Source: Chloroflexota bacterium
GTDB lineage: Bacteria > Chloroflexota > UBA6077 > JACCZL01
NCBI GenBank assembly: GCA_013695975.1
Contig: JACCZL010000451.1
Span: 1-31,994, forward strand
Length of the DNA stretch: 31,994 bases
Reading direction: 5' to 3'
The notes beneath the pieces were generated by a model. The model saw nothing but the letters and a program-made list of their open reading frames with translations, did no database searches and had not been told where the DNA came from. Positions 16,628 through 26,187 of the stretch are shown in pieces. Position 1 is the first letter of the stretch; each line of letters begins with the position of its first letter. The position numbers and the translations under genes were made by a program.

Positions 16628-17271
16628 CCGAGTGGTATCCCGCGTTCCTCAACCTGAAGGGCCGTCGCTGCGTGGTCGTCGGCGGTGGGGCGGTCGCCGA
16701 GCGCAAGCTGCGCGCACTGGTGGCGTGCGGCGCGGCGGTGACGGTGATCGCCCCGCGCTGCACGGGGGAGATCAAGGCGATCGCGGCGAGTGGCGCCTGC
16801 AGGCTCGTCAACCGAGGCTACCAGGCGGTCGACCTGGAGGGGGCGTTCCTGGCTATCGCGGCGACCGACAGCGCGGAGCTGAACGCCCGGGTGCTCGCCA
16901 ACGCTCGCGAGTCCGGGGCGCTCACCAACGCCGTGGACGACCCCGAGGGCGGCGACTTCATCGTTCCGGCGACGATCCGACGGGACGACGTGATCCTGGC
17001 CATTTCGACGGGTGGCAAGAGTCCGGCCTACGCCAGGCACTTGCGTCAACAGCTCGAGGGCTGGCTGACACCTGAGCGCATCTCCATGCTCGAGGTGTTG
17101 GCGGGGGTACGCCGGGAGCTGCAGGCGCTTGGCTGCAATCCCGATCCGGAGACCTGGCGGCGGGCTATCGCTTGTGACGACCTGGGCGCCCTGGCCGACG
17201 GGGACCGTGAGGAAGCGCGAGCAAAGCTGCTCGAAGCACTCGACCATGCATCAGTAACCTCGAGCGGGTAG
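16624..17271 (+). CDS. sirC: Precorrin-2 dehydrogenase / sirohydrochlorin ferrochelatase (SirC/Met8p, CysG N-terminal type)
   Basis: YPAFLNLKGRRCVVVGGGAVAERK, AIAATDS, NAVDDP..DFIVPA, AISTGGKSP; start ATG 16624. Confidence 0.9.
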   Translation: MTEWYPAFLNLKGRRCVVVGGGAVAERKLRALVACGAAVTVIAPRCTGEIKAIAASGACRLVNRGYQAVDLEGAFLAIAATDSAELNARVLANARESGALTNAVDDPEGGDFIVPATIRRDDVILAISTGGKSPAYARHLRQQLEGWLTPERISMLEVLAGVRRELQALGCNPDPETWRRAIACDDLGALADGDREEARAKLLEALDHASVTSSG

Positions 17272-17280
17272 ACCAGCACG

Positions 17281-18543
17281 ATGCAAATTCTTGCACTGGG
17301 ATTGGACCACCACCGCGCGGACGTGCGACTGCGGGAGCGGCTTCAGGTCGCTGATGGCGAGCTGCCCTGGGTGCTGGGCCAGCTTCGGGAGCAGATCGCC
17401 GAGGGGGCGATCCTTTCGACGTGCAATCGTACCGAGCTGTACGCGCTGGTCGGGCATCGGGAGACCGGGCGCCGCGCGGCGATCCGCTTTCTGGCGGATG
17501 CCCGCCGCGTGCCGACTGAGGCGTTCGCGGGCGCCCTGGCCGAGCGTTGGCAAGAGGACGCCATCCGCCACCTCTTGCGGGTGAGCTGCGGACTGGAGTC
17601 GATGATCGTCGGCGAGCATCAGATTCTGGGTCAGGTCCGCGCCGCCGGCGACGCGGCCCGTGCGGCCGGCAGCGCAGGCCCGATCCTGTCCAGGCTGTTC
17701 CGCGACGCCCTCACCGTGGGCAAGCGGGCTCGGGTCGAGAGTGGGATCGCCCGCAACGCCGTCTCAGTCAGCAGCGCCGCCGTCGAGCTGGCCCAGAAGG
17801 CCCTTGGTGGGCTTGACGGACGGACCGCTCTCGTGATTGGGGCCGGTAAGATGGGGTCGTTGGCTGCCCGGAGCCTGCTCGCCAAGGGCGTGTCGCGGGT
17901 ACTCGTGATTAGCCGAACGACCGAGCGGGCGCGGATGCTTGCGGAGCGCGTGGGTGGCGTGACGCTTGCGTGGGATCGCCTGGAAGAGGGCCTGGCCGCA
18001 AGCGACCTGGTGATCGCCAGCACGGCGGCGACCGACTGCGTGGTCACACGGGAAGTGATGGGTCGGGCACTGGCCGATCGACGGGAACGGCCGCTCGTCG
18101 TGGTCGACATCGCCGTTCCGCGCGATGTCGAGCCAGCGGTCGGCGACCTGGCCGGCTGTAGCCTCTACAACATCGATGACCTGGCCGCCGTTCAGGAGGC
18201 CAACCTGGCAGCGCGCCGTCTCGAGGCCGTCAAAGTCGAGGTGATGATCGAGCGCGAGGTCGAAAAGTTCATGGGCTGGTGGATCGGCCACGAGGTTGCC
18301 CCGACGATCGCCGAGCTGGTGGCACGGGCCGAGGAGATTCGGCTGGCTGAACTGGAACGCGGACTGGCCAGGCTCGACCTGTCGGAGCGGGAGCGCAACG
18401 CGGTCAATGCCGTGACGACGGCCATCGTGAACAAGATGCTCCATCGCCCGATCGTGGCGCTCAAAGCGCGCGGCGGGCGCCACGACGCCAACGTCTACGT
18501 CCACGCTGTTCGCGAGCTGTTTGGGTTACCTGAGCAGGACTGA
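17281..18543 (+). CDS. hemA: Glutamyl-tRNA reductase
   Basis: STCNRTELY, GLESMIVGEHQILGQV, VIGAGKMG, DIAVPRDVE, NKMLHRP. Confidence 0.96.
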   Translation: MQILALGLDHHRADVRLRERLQVADGELPWVLGQLREQIAEGAILSTCNRTELYALVGHRETGRRAAIRFLADARRVPTEAFAGALAERWQEDAIRHLLRVSCGLESMIVGEHQILGQVRAAGDAARAAGSAGPILSRLFRDALTVGKRARVESGIARNAVSVSSAAVELAQKALGGLDGRTALVIGAGKMGSLAARSLLAKGVSRVLVISRTTERARMLAERVGGVTLAWDRLEEGLAASDLVIASTAATDCVVTREVMGRALADRRERPLVVVDIAVPRDVEPAVGDLAGCSLYNIDDLAAVQEANLAARRLEAVKVEVMIEREVEKFMGWWIGHEVAPTIAELVARAEEIRLAELERGLARLDLSERERNAVNAVTTAIVNKMLHRPIVALKARGGRHDANVYVHAVRELFGLPEQD

Positions 18544-18547
18544 GGCC

Positions 18548-19498
18548 ATGCGAGGCAGCCAGGCCGATGGCGAGGGCCAGGGACGGGTGTTGCGGATTGC
18601 GACCCGCGGTAGCGCGCTGGCGTTGCGGCAGACCGAGTGGGTGGCGGATCGGCTTCGGGCGGCATGGTCAGGGGCGCGGGTCGAGCTCGTCTCGGCCAGC
18701 ACGGCGGGCGACCGTGACAAGCAGACCCCGTTGACATCGCTCGGCCAGGGGGTGTTCGTCAAGGGCGTCGAGGAGCTGCTGCTGGTCGGCGCGGCGGACA
18801 TCGCGGTGCATAGCTTGAAGGACGTTCCGACCCTGCTTACCGCGAGCCTCGAGCTGGCGGCATTCCCGCCTCGGGAAGATCCCCGAGACGGGCTGGTCTG
18901 CCGGGTTGGTCGTGACCTGAGGAGTCTGCCGCCGCGGGCGCGGGTCGGGACGGGTAGCCCGCGGCGGGCGGCCCAGTTGCTCCAGTTGCGGCAGGATCTC
19001 CGAATCCTGCCAGTTCGGGGCAACCTGGACACGCGGCTCCGCAAGCTCCGGAATGGCGAGTTTGAGGCGCTCGTCCTGGCAGTCGCTGGACTGGCGCGGC
19101 TTGGCCGCCAGGACGAGCTGGATCAAATCTTCGAGATCGAGGAATGCACGCCGGCGGTCGGTCAAGGGGCACTGGTGATCCAGACGCGGACGGACGACCA
19201 TGCGACACGGGAGCTCGTCGCGCCACTTGACGACCGCCATTGCCGGGCTGAGTCGCTCGCCGAACGGGCCTTCCTGGCGGCGCTCGGAGGCGGGTGTCAG
19301 CTTCCGGCCGGCGCCCTGGCGCGGGTCGCCGATCGGCACCTCCAGATCGTCGGCGTGGCGGCGGCGCCGGACGGCCGCGAGCTGGTGCGGGCGCATCACA
19401 GCGGCAACGCGAGCGATGCGGCCACGGTGGGCCATCGCCTCGCCGAGCTCCTCTTGCCCCGCGCGCAGGGTCTGCTGTCGCTCGCGGCTCGAGCCTGA
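18548..19498 (+). CDS. hemC: Hydroxymethylbilane synthase (porphobilinogen deaminase)
   Basis: RIATRGSALALRQT, DIAVHSLKDVP, GTGSPRR, RGNLDTRL, PAVGQGAL, GGGCQLP cofactor Cys. Confidence 0.96.
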   Translation: MRGSQADGEGQGRVLRIATRGSALALRQTEWVADRLRAAWSGARVELVSASTAGDRDKQTPLTSLGQGVFVKGVEELLLVGAADIAVHSLKDVPTLLTASLELAAFPPREDPRDGLVCRVGRDLRSLPPRARVGTGSPRRAAQLLQLRQDLRILPVRGNLDTRLRKLRNGEFEALVLAVAGLARLGRQDELDQIFEIEECTPAVGQGALVIQTRTDDHATRELVAPLDDRHCRAESLAERAFLAALGGGCQLPAGALARVADRHLQIVGVAAAPDGRELVRAHHSGNASDAATVGHRLAELLLPRAQGLLSLAARA

Positions 19499-19499
19499 C

Positions 19500-21020
19500 A
19501 TGCTCGGGAGGGTCTATCTGGTCGGGGCGGGGCCGGGCGACCCGAAATTGATCACGCTGCGTGGGCTGGAATGTCTCGAGCGGGCCGAGGTGGTGGTTTA
19601 CGACCGCCTCGCCGCGCCGGAGCTGCTCGATCGGGCCCCAGCGGCGGAGCGGATTTTCGTAGGCAAGCGCCCCGGGCGGCATACGATGACCCAGGACGAG
19701 ATCAATGCCGTGCTCGTCGAGCAGGCCCGAGCGGGACGGCGGGTCGTGCGGCTGAAGGGTGGCGACCCGTTCGTCTTCGGGCGGGGTGGCGACGAGGGGA
19801 TCGCGTTGGACGCCGCGGGCGTGTCGTTCGAAGTCGTACCGGGGGTGACGTCGGCCATCGCCGGACCGAGCTTCGCGGGCATCCCGGTCACCCATCGAGG
19901 AGTCGCCTCGTCGTTTGCCGTGGTGACCGGGCACGAAGATCCGACCAAGGATGGCAGCCAGATCCGCTGGGACGCGCTGGCGCGGGGCGTCGACACGCTC
20001 GTCTTCTTGATGGGCGTGGAGCACCTGGGCGAGATCATCGCCAATCTCCGGCGGGCCGGCCGCCCGGCCGAGGAGCCGGTCGCGGCGATCCGGTGGGCGA
20101 CGACACCCGAGCAGCAGGTCGTCGTCGGGACCCTGGTCGACATCGAGGAGCGGGTCCAGGAGATGGGCCTCAGGGCGCCGGCCGTGCTGGTCGTCGGGCC
20201 GGTGGTCGGATTGCGCGCGTGTCTCGACTGGCGAAGCAGACTCCCGCTAGCCGGGCTGCGCGTACTCGTGACGCGGGCTCGTCACCAGGCCAGTCAGCTC
20301 TCGAGCCGACTCATCGAGTTGGGAGCAACTCCGATCGAGTATCCAACGATAGAGATACACGCGGTTGACGACCCGAGCGTGTTCGACGCCGCGCTCGCTC
20401 GGATCGCCTGCTTCGGCTGGGTCGTCTTCACTAGCGCAAACGGGGTTGAGGCCGTCTTCGAGCGGCTAGCGCTCGCGGGACGCGACGCTCGGGTCTTCGG
20501 GCGCTCGAAGGTCTGTGCGATTGGGCCGAGTACTGCCGACGCGCTGCGGAAGCGAGGGATCATCGCGGACTGGATGCCGCAGGAGTTTTTGACCGATGCG
20601 ATCGTGGCCGGCTTTCGCCAGCTCGACGTGCGCGGAGTCGAGGTGCTGCTGGCTCGTGCCGACATCGCCCCGCCCGCCCTGGCCGCGGGGCTCCGCGAGC
20701 AGGGAGCGGTCGTAACGGAAGTCGCGGCCTACCGGACGGCGCCCGCCGAGGAGAGCCGAGGGCGACTGGTGACGCTGCTCGAGCAATGCCGGATCGACGT
20801 GGTGACCTTGACCAGCTCTTCGACCGTCCGCAATCTCATCGACGGGCTTGGCGACAGGCGAAAGCTGCTCGACGGCGTCGCGCTCGCCTGCATCGGGCCG
20901 GTGACCGCCGCCACGGCGCGCGAGCTGGGCCTGGGGGTAGACCTGGTGGCCGACGAGCATACGATCGATGGACTTGCCCGAGCGCTAACCGCCTGGGCTA
21001 GCCGGGAGGTGCAGAGATGA
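19500..21020 (+). CDS. cobA/hemD: Fused uroporphyrinogen-III C-methyltransferase / uroporphyrinogen-III synthase (CobA-HemD)
   Basis: [31 protein letters not shown], then [42 protein letters not shown]; start ATG 19500. Confidence 0.95.
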   Translation: MLGRVYLVGAGPGDPKLITLRGLECLERAEVVVYDRLAAPELLDRAPAAERIFVGKRPGRHTMTQDEINAVLVEQARAGRRVVRLKGGDPFVFGRGGDEGIALDAAGVSFEVVPGVTSAIAGPSFAGIPVTHRGVASSFAVVTGHEDPTKDGSQIRWDALARGVDTLVFLMGVEHLGEIIANLRRAGRPAEEPVAAIRWATTPEQQVVVGTLVDIEERVQEMGLRAPAVLVVGPVVGLRACLDWRSRLPLAGLRVLVTRARHQASQLSSRLIELGATPIEYPTIEIHAVDDPSVFDAALARIACFGWVVFTSANGVEAVFERLALAGRDARVFGRSKVCAIGPSTADALRKRGIIADWMPQEFLTDAIVAGFRQLDVRGVEVLLARADIAPPALAAGLREQGAVVTEVAAYRTAPAEESRGRLVTLLEQCRIDVVTLTSSSTVRNLIDGLGDRRKLLDGVALACIGPVTAATARELGLGVDLVADEHTIDGLARALTAWASREVQR

Positions 21021-21994
21021 GCGCGTTCCCAGCGGTGCGCCTTCGGCGGCTGCGACGGTCGGAGGCGCTGCGGGCGATGGTGCGCGAGACGAGCCTGTCT
21101 CGGCGCGACTTTATCTATCCCTACTTCGTCGTCCACGGCCGTGGCGTCCGCGACGAGGTCGGCTCGATGCCCGGGGTCTTCCAGCTCTCGGTGGACGAGC
21201 TGACGCGCGACGTCCGCGCCCTCGCGCAGCTTGGCGTGCCCGCGGTGCTGCTCTTCGGTCTTCCGGAGCGCAAAGACCCGCGCGGGCGTGAGGCTTATCA
21301 TCCGGATGGGATCGTGCAGCGAGCGGTGCAGGCGATCAAGGACGTGACCCCAGAGCTGGTGGTCATCACCGACGTCTGCTTATGTGAGTACACCGATCAC
21401 GGCCATTGCGGAGTGGTCGAGGACGGGCGCGTCCTCAACGATCCGACGCTGGAGCTGCTCGCCGCGGCGGCGCTGGCGCAAGCGGAGGCCGGCGCCGACG
21501 TCGTCGGTCCCTCGGATATGATGGACGGTCGAGTCGGGGCTATCCGCAAGGCGCTAGACGGAGGCGGCTTGACCGAGGTGGCGATCATGGCCTACTCGGC
21601 AAAGTTCGCCTCTGGGTTCTATGGGCCCTTCCGAGACGCGGCCGACTCGGTGCCCCAGTTTGGCGACCGCCGAGCCTATCAGATGGATCCAGCTAACGGG
21701 CGCGAGGCCATGCGCGAGATCGAGACCGACATCGGCGAGGGCGCTGACCTGATCATGGTCAAGCCGGCGCTTGCCTACCTGGACCTGATCCGCCGCGCCC
21801 GCGATCGGTTCGATCATCCCCTGGTCGCCTATAACGTCAGCGGCGAGTACGCGATGGTCAAGGCGGCCGCTCGGAACGGCTGGATCGACGAGCGGCGCGT
21901 GACACTCGAGATCCTGACCGGCATCAAGCGGGCCGGCGCGGATCTGATCATCAGCTACCACGCACGGGAGGTGAGCGAATGGCTCGATCGATGA
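21017..21994 (+). CDS. hemB: Delta-aminolevulinic acid dehydratase (porphobilinogen synthase), Zn-type
   Basis: [49 protein letters not shown]. Confidence 0.97.
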   Translation: MSAFPAVRLRRLRRSEALRAMVRETSLSRRDFIYPYFVVHGRGVRDEVGSMPGVFQLSVDELTRDVRALAQLGVPAVLLFGLPERKDPRGREAYHPDGIVQRAVQAIKDVTPELVVITDVCLCEYTDHGHCGVVEDGRVLNDPTLELLAAAALAQAEAGADVVGPSDMMDGRVGAIRKALDGGGLTEVAIMAYSAKFASGFYGPFRDAADSVPQFGDRRAYQMDPANGREAMREIETDIGEGADLIMVKPALAYLDLIRRARDRFDHPLVAYNVSGEYAMVKAAARNGWIDERRVTLEILTGIKRAGADLIISYHAREVSEWLDR

Positions 21995-23298
21995 GCGACG
22001 AGGTCACCCCGGGCGTGGGCCACCGGACGCGCTCAGCACAGCTTTTCGAGCTGGCTCAGGAGCTGCTGCCGGGCGGCGTAAACAGCCCGGTGCGGGCGTT
22101 CAAGGCGGTGGGCGGCGGTCCGATCTTCATCCGCGGGGGCGCGGGTTGCTGGGTTGAAGACGTCGACGACAATCGCTACGTCGACTACCTCGCCTCGTGG
22201 GGGCCGTTGATCCTCGGCCACGCTTACCCGAGCGTGGTGGAGGCGGTCCAGGTCGCGGCCGCCGACGGGACGAGCTTCGGCGCCCCCACCGAACGCGAGG
22301 TTGAGCTGGCGGCAATGATCGTCGAGGCCTTCCCGTCGATCGAGATGGTGCGTCTAGTCAGCTCGGGCTCCGAGGCGTGCATGAGCGCGGTGCGGGTGGC
22401 GCGGGCCTTCACTGGCCGCAACAAGATCGTCAAGTTCGATGGTTGCTACCACGGCCACGCAGATGGGCTGTTGGTGCGGGCGGGATCGGGGGCGCTGACG
22501 CTCGGGGCGCCTGACAGCCCGGGCGTTCCCGAGGCCGCGGCCCGCGAGACGCTGAGCGTCCGTTACAACGACCTTCCAAGTGTCGAGCAGGCGTTCGAGC
22601 TGTTCGGTGGGGACATCGCGGCCGTCATCGTCGAGCCGATCGCGGCCAACATGGGGGTGATCCGGCCGATGCCCGGGTTCCTCGAGGGGCTTAGAGACCT
22701 GACGCGGGCGCGTGGGGCGCTGCTGATCCTGGATGAGGTGGTGAGCGGCTTCCGGGTCGCCTACGGTGGCGCTCAGGAACTGTACGGGGTTTCAGCCGAC
22801 CTGACGACCCTGGGCAAGATCGTTGGCGGTGGCTTGCCGCTCGCTGCTTATGGCGGGCGGCGTGAGATTATGGAGCAGGTCTCGCCCGCCGGCACGGTGT
22901 ACCAGGCGGGTACGCTCTCGGGAAATCCAGTCGCCACGGCGGCTGGCCTGGCCACTCTCAGAGCGATCTGTGAGCTGGATCCGTACGGCGAGCTCGAGCG
23001 GAAGTCGGCCGCCCTCGAGCGGGGTCTGGCTGACGCGGCCGAGGTGACCGGCGTACCGGTCACCGTCTCGCGCGTCGGCTCGATGTTGACGGCGTTCTTC
23101 ACCGACGCGGTGGTAACTGATTACGACGGGGCGAAGCGTGCGGATACCGCGGCCTATGCGCGCTTTTTCTCGAGGATGCTGCGGGCTGGAGTCTACCTGG
23201 CGCCGTCGCAGTTCGAAGCGGCGTTCGTGTCGACCGCCCATGGCGACGCCGAGATCGAGCGGACGGTTTCCGCCGCTCGCGCGGCGTTGCGCGACTGA
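21979..23298 (+). CDS. hemL: Glutamate-1-semialdehyde 2,1-aminomutase
   Basis: [59 protein letters not shown]; start 21979 (SD GGAGGTG) or 21991 (ATGA overlap). Confidence 0.96.
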   Translation: MARSMSDEVTPGVGHRTRSAQLFELAQELLPGGVNSPVRAFKAVGGGPIFIRGGAGCWVEDVDDNRYVDYLASWGPLILGHAYPSVVEAVQVAAADGTSFGAPTEREVELAAMIVEAFPSIEMVRLVSSGSEACMSAVRVARAFTGRNKIVKFDGCYHGHADGLLVRAGSGALTLGAPDSPGVPEAAARETLSVRYNDLPSVEQAFELFGGDIAAVIVEPIAANMGVIRPMPGFLEGLRDLTRARGALLILDEVVSGFRVAYGGAQELYGVSADLTTLGKIVGGGLPLAAYGGRREIMEQVSPAGTVYQAGTLSGNPVATAAGLATLRAICELDPYGELERKSAALERGLADAAEVTGVPVTVSRVGSMLTAFFTDAVVTDYDGAKRADTAAYARFFSRMLRAGVYLAPSQFEAAFVSTAHGDAEIERTVSAARAALRD

Positions 23299-23307
23299 CG
23301 CTTCCGC

Positions 23308-23357
23308 GTCGCTTTCCGATATACTGGCGCGCACAAGCTCGCCGATCGGAAAGCGAC
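23308..23357 (+). promoter_or_regulatory. Long hairpin abutting the dehydrogenase start codon, with an internal -10 hexamer
   Basis: Perfect 13-bp arms GTCGCTTTCCGAT (23308-23320) and ATCGGAAAGCGAC (23345-23357); TATACT at 23320-23325; ATG at 23358. Confidence 0.65.
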
Positions 23358-24356
23358 ATGGCATTGATGGTCGTACGCGGCATCCAGGGCCGAGGGGATA
23401 CCGACGATACCCTCGAGGCTGAGCGGCGGACGCTGGCGGAGCTCGGCGCCGAAATGGTCGTGGTGCCGGTGGCCGAGCGGGAACGGGTCCGCCAGCTCGT
23501 GCCCGAGGCGGACGGGTTGCTCGGCGTCCACGACGTCGACGCCGCGATGATTCGGTCGATGGGGCGCTGCCGCGGCATCGTCACAGTCAGCCACGGTTTC
23601 AACTACATCGATCTCGAGGCGGCGACGGCCGCTGGCCTGCCGGTCGCGAACGTGTTCTTCTGCCACCGTGAGGTCGCCAATCACACGATCATGTTGTTGC
23701 TGGCGGCGACCCGCAAGCTGATCATGCTCCACAACTTGCTCAAGCAGGGGCAATGGCGGCGGGATCTTCAGCCGCCGGTGGCGCCCCTCTACGGGCAGAC
23801 GATCGGGCTGATCGGCTTCGGACACATCGGGCGGGAGGTAGCCCGACGTGCGCTGGCGATGGACATGGCGATCCTGGCCTACGATCCGGTGGTCGAGCCC
23901 GAGCGAGCCGCCGAGGCCGGCGCTGAGCTGGTCCAGCTCGACGAGCTGCTGCGGAGGTCCGACTACGTCTCGCTGCACGCCCCATCGAATCCAAGGACGC
24001 GGGAGATCCTCAACGAACGGGCGATCGGCCTGATGAAGCCGTCCGCCTGGGTCTTCAACACGGCGCGGGGCGACTTGATCGAGGAGCCAGCCCTCTACCG
24101 GGCCCTCAGGGACGGTCGGATCGCCGGGGCCGGACTGGATGTCTTCGCGGTCGAGCCGACGCCGCCGGACAATCCGATCCTCCAGCTCGACAACGTGATC
24201 GTGACGCCGCACGCTGCCGGATTCTCCGATGAAGCGGTTCGCACGGGGCAGCGGCTTGGCGCGGAGGAGATGGCGCGCATCCTGTCCGGTGGATTTCCGC
24301 GGAACATTTGCAATCCCGAGGTGCGCGGCCGCACCCGCTATCCGTTCGCCGAATAG
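23358..24356 (+). CDS. D-isomer-specific 2-hydroxyacid dehydrogenase (CtBP/SerA-like), NAD-dependent
   Basis: GLIGFGHIG...AYDP, SLHAP, NTARG, GAGLDVFAVEP, TPHAAG (Arg/Glu/His triad present). Confidence 0.92.
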   Translation: MALMVVRGIQGRGDTDDTLEAERRTLAELGAEMVVVPVAERERVRQLVPEADGLLGVHDVDAAMIRSMGRCRGIVTVSHGFNYIDLEAATAAGLPVANVFFCHREVANHTIMLLLAATRKLIMLHNLLKQGQWRRDLQPPVAPLYGQTIGLIGFGHIGREVARRALAMDMAILAYDPVVEPERAAEAGAELVQLDELLRRSDYVSLHAPSNPRTREILNERAIGLMKPSAWVFNTARGDLIEEPALYRALRDGRIAGAGLDVFAVEPTPPDNPILQLDNVIVTPHAAGFSDEAVRTGQRLGAEEMARILSGGFPRNICNPEVRGRTRYPFAE

Positions 24357-24365
24357 TCGCCGAGA

Positions 24366-24379
24366 GGCCGAGCTCGGCC
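24366..24379. promoter_or_regulatory. Perfect 14-bp palindrome upstream of the ABC substrate-binding gene (possible operator)
   Basis: GGCCGAGCTCGGCC in the 43-nt intergenic gap; GC-rich, so chance is plausible. Confidence 0.3.
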
Positions 24380-24399
24380 GGGTTCAGGAGGAGGCATCC

Positions 24400-26106
24400 A
24401 TGGAAGTCAGGTCTAGGGTCAGCCGTCGCGGGTTCCTGCGGCAATCCGCCCTGCTCGGCGTCGGGAGCGCTCTGCTCGCCGCCTGCCAGCAATCCCCGGC
24501 CGCCGCCCCGGCCCCGAAGACGGAGGCGAAGCCGACCGAAGCGGCGAAGCCGGCGCCCCAGCCGACCGCCGCGCCGAAGCCAACCGACGCTACGAAGCCG
24601 GCGGCGGCGCCCGCCGCCACCACCGCTCCCCAGGCCGCTCCGGCCGGTCAGGTCAAGCGAGGCGGGACGCTGACGATCGCCCAGGAGCTGGACCCGGTCT
24701 CGCTCGACCCGCACAAGTCGAGCAACTTCTCGGCGGTGCAGGGCTTCGAGCACGTCTACGAGAGCCTGACCCAGTACGACGATAAGCTCAACGTCCAGCC
24801 GGCGCTGGCGGAGCGGTGGGAGATGGCACCAGACGGCATGCAGTACACGTTCCATCTGCGCAAGGACGTGAAATGGCACGACGGCAAGGAGTTCACGGCC
24901 GCTGACGTCAAGTACTGGCACGAGCGGATGATGGCCAAGGAGACCGTCGCGCCGTACAAGAACTGGTTCGACGCGATCGAGCGGATCGAGGTCGTAGACA
25001 AGAACACGGCCAGGGCCGTGATGGCCAAGCCGTATCCGCCACTGCTGGCAACCTTCGCCGCGATGCGGGGTGGGGCGATCATCCAGGAAGGGGCCGCGGA
25101 ATCGTCGAACCTGGCCACGACCGCGATCGGCACCGGACCCTGGAAGCTGGCCGAGTACGTTCCCCAGAGTCACTTGCGGTACGTACGGAACCCGGATTAC
25201 TGGAACAAGGAGCTGCCCTACGTCGATGAAGTCATGATGAAGATCGTGATCGAAGAGGACGCACGGGTCGCGGCGCTTCGAGCCGGTCAGATCGACTACG
25301 CCTTCCTGAGCCAGGAAGGCGCGGACCGAGTCAAGGCAGACCGGAACGTCACGGTCCTGGAGAGCGCCAAGGCCTGGTTGACTTGCGTGCAGCTCAACAC
25401 CAGCCGCAAGCCGTTCGACGACGTCCGGGTGCGTCAGGCGCTACGGCTGGCGCTCGACCCGAACGAGGTCATTCAAAAGGCGGTCTCGGGCGCGGCCAAG
25501 CCGACCGGCCCGGTCCCGACTGGTCACACCGACTGGTTCATCAAGCCCGAGGAGGTGAAGTACCTCAAGCCCGACTACGAGAAGGCGAAGGCGCTGCTGG
25601 CCGACGCCGGTCAGAGCAACCTCAAGTTTACGATCCTGTCATCGCCCCAGTACCCGGAGTTCGTCACCACGGCGTTGGTCATGCAGGATTCGTTCAAGAA
25701 GATCGGTGTCAACGCGGAGGTCCAGCAGCTCGAGTGGGGCACGTTTGTCAAGCAGACTGGCGCGCCGGGGTTCGACTACGACATTCGAATCACGGCGTTT
25801 ACGTTCTACCCCGATCCGGACCAGTACATGTATCCGGCCTTCCACTCGAAGGGCGTGAACAATCCGATGGCGAGCTACTCGAACCCGAAGGTAGACGAGC
25901 TGCTCGATCGCGGCCGCACCGTCGGCGACTCCGCCCAGCGGCACCAGATCTATTTCGAGGTCCAGAAGCTACTCGAGGAGGAGCTGCCCAACTTCTGGAT
26001 GTACGCCGGCGTCAACATCGAAGCGCTCCGAAACCAGGTTAAGGGCTACGTGCCGTCGTTTACCGGCCGTCGCATCTCGCTCAAGCAGACCTGGGTGGAA
26101 AGGTAG
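24400..26106 (+). CDS. Family 5 ABC transporter substrate-binding protein (Dpp/Opp/Nik-like), Tat-exported lipoprotein
   Basis: SRRGFL twin-arginine motif, lipobox LLAAC (Cys29), LAERWE, YTFHLRKDVKWHDG, GTGPW, VRQALRLALD; SD AGGAGGAGG; start ATG 24400. Confidence 0.94.
   Translation: MEVRSRVSRRGFLRQSALLGVGSALLAACQQSPAAAPAPKTEAKPTEAAKPAPQPTAAPKPTDATKPAAAPAATTAPQAAPAGQVKRGGTLTIAQELDPVSLDPHKSSNFSAVQGFEHVYESLTQYDDKLNVQPALAERWEMAPDGMQYTFHLRKDVKWHDGKEFTAADVKYWHERMMAKETVAPYKNWFDAIERIEVVDKNTARAVMAKPYPPLLATFAAMRGGAIIQEGAAESSNLATTAIGTGPWKLAEYVPQSHLRYVRNPDYWNKELPYVDEVMMKIVIEEDARVAALRAGQIDYAFLSQEGADRVKADRNVTVLESAKAWLTCVQLNTSRKPFDDVRVRQALRLALDPNEVIQKAVSGAAKPTGPVPTGHTDWFIKPEEVKYLKPDYEKAKALLADAGQSNLKFTILSSPQYPEFVTTALVMQDSFKKIGVNAEVQQLEWGTFVKQTGAPGFDYDIRITAFTFYPDPDQYMYPAFHSKGVNNPMASYSNPKVDELLDRGRTVGDSAQRHQIYFEVQKLLEEELPNFWMYAGVNIEALRNQVKGYVPSFTGRRISLKQTWVER
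24487..24645 (+). repeat. Pro/Ala/Thr/Lys-rich linker coding region after the lipobox
   Basis: Encodes QQSPAAAPAPKTEAKPTEAAKPAPQPTAAPKPTDATKPAAAPAATTAPQAAPA. Confidence 0.8.
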
Positions 26107-26184
26107 ACGGGATACGGTAGACGGTAGACGGCATACGGGAGGGCGTATCCCCGTCCCCTGTCTACCGTTTACCGTCTACCGTCT
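26102..26184. repeat. Intergenic inverted array of 7-nt tandem repeats (GGTAGAC / GTCTACC)
   Basis: Five GG[TGC]A[GT]AC units at 26102-26136; inverse units GTATCCC 26145, GTCTACC 26160, GTTTACC 26167, GTCTACC 26174; perfect 13-bp pairing of 26119-26131 with 26172-26184. Confidence 0.85.
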
Positions 26185-26187
26185 GCG

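Noticed and set aside
18837-25173. Long antisense ORFs over hem, dehydrogenase and SBP genes (18837-20024, 23193-24212, 24106-25173 and others)
   Set aside because: They fully overlap well-supported genes and have Arg/Pro-rich or motif-free translations
26102-26184. Heptamer array as CRISPR or intrinsic terminator
   Set aside because: Units are 7 nt with no unique spacers and no cas genes; there is no poly-U tract after the stem
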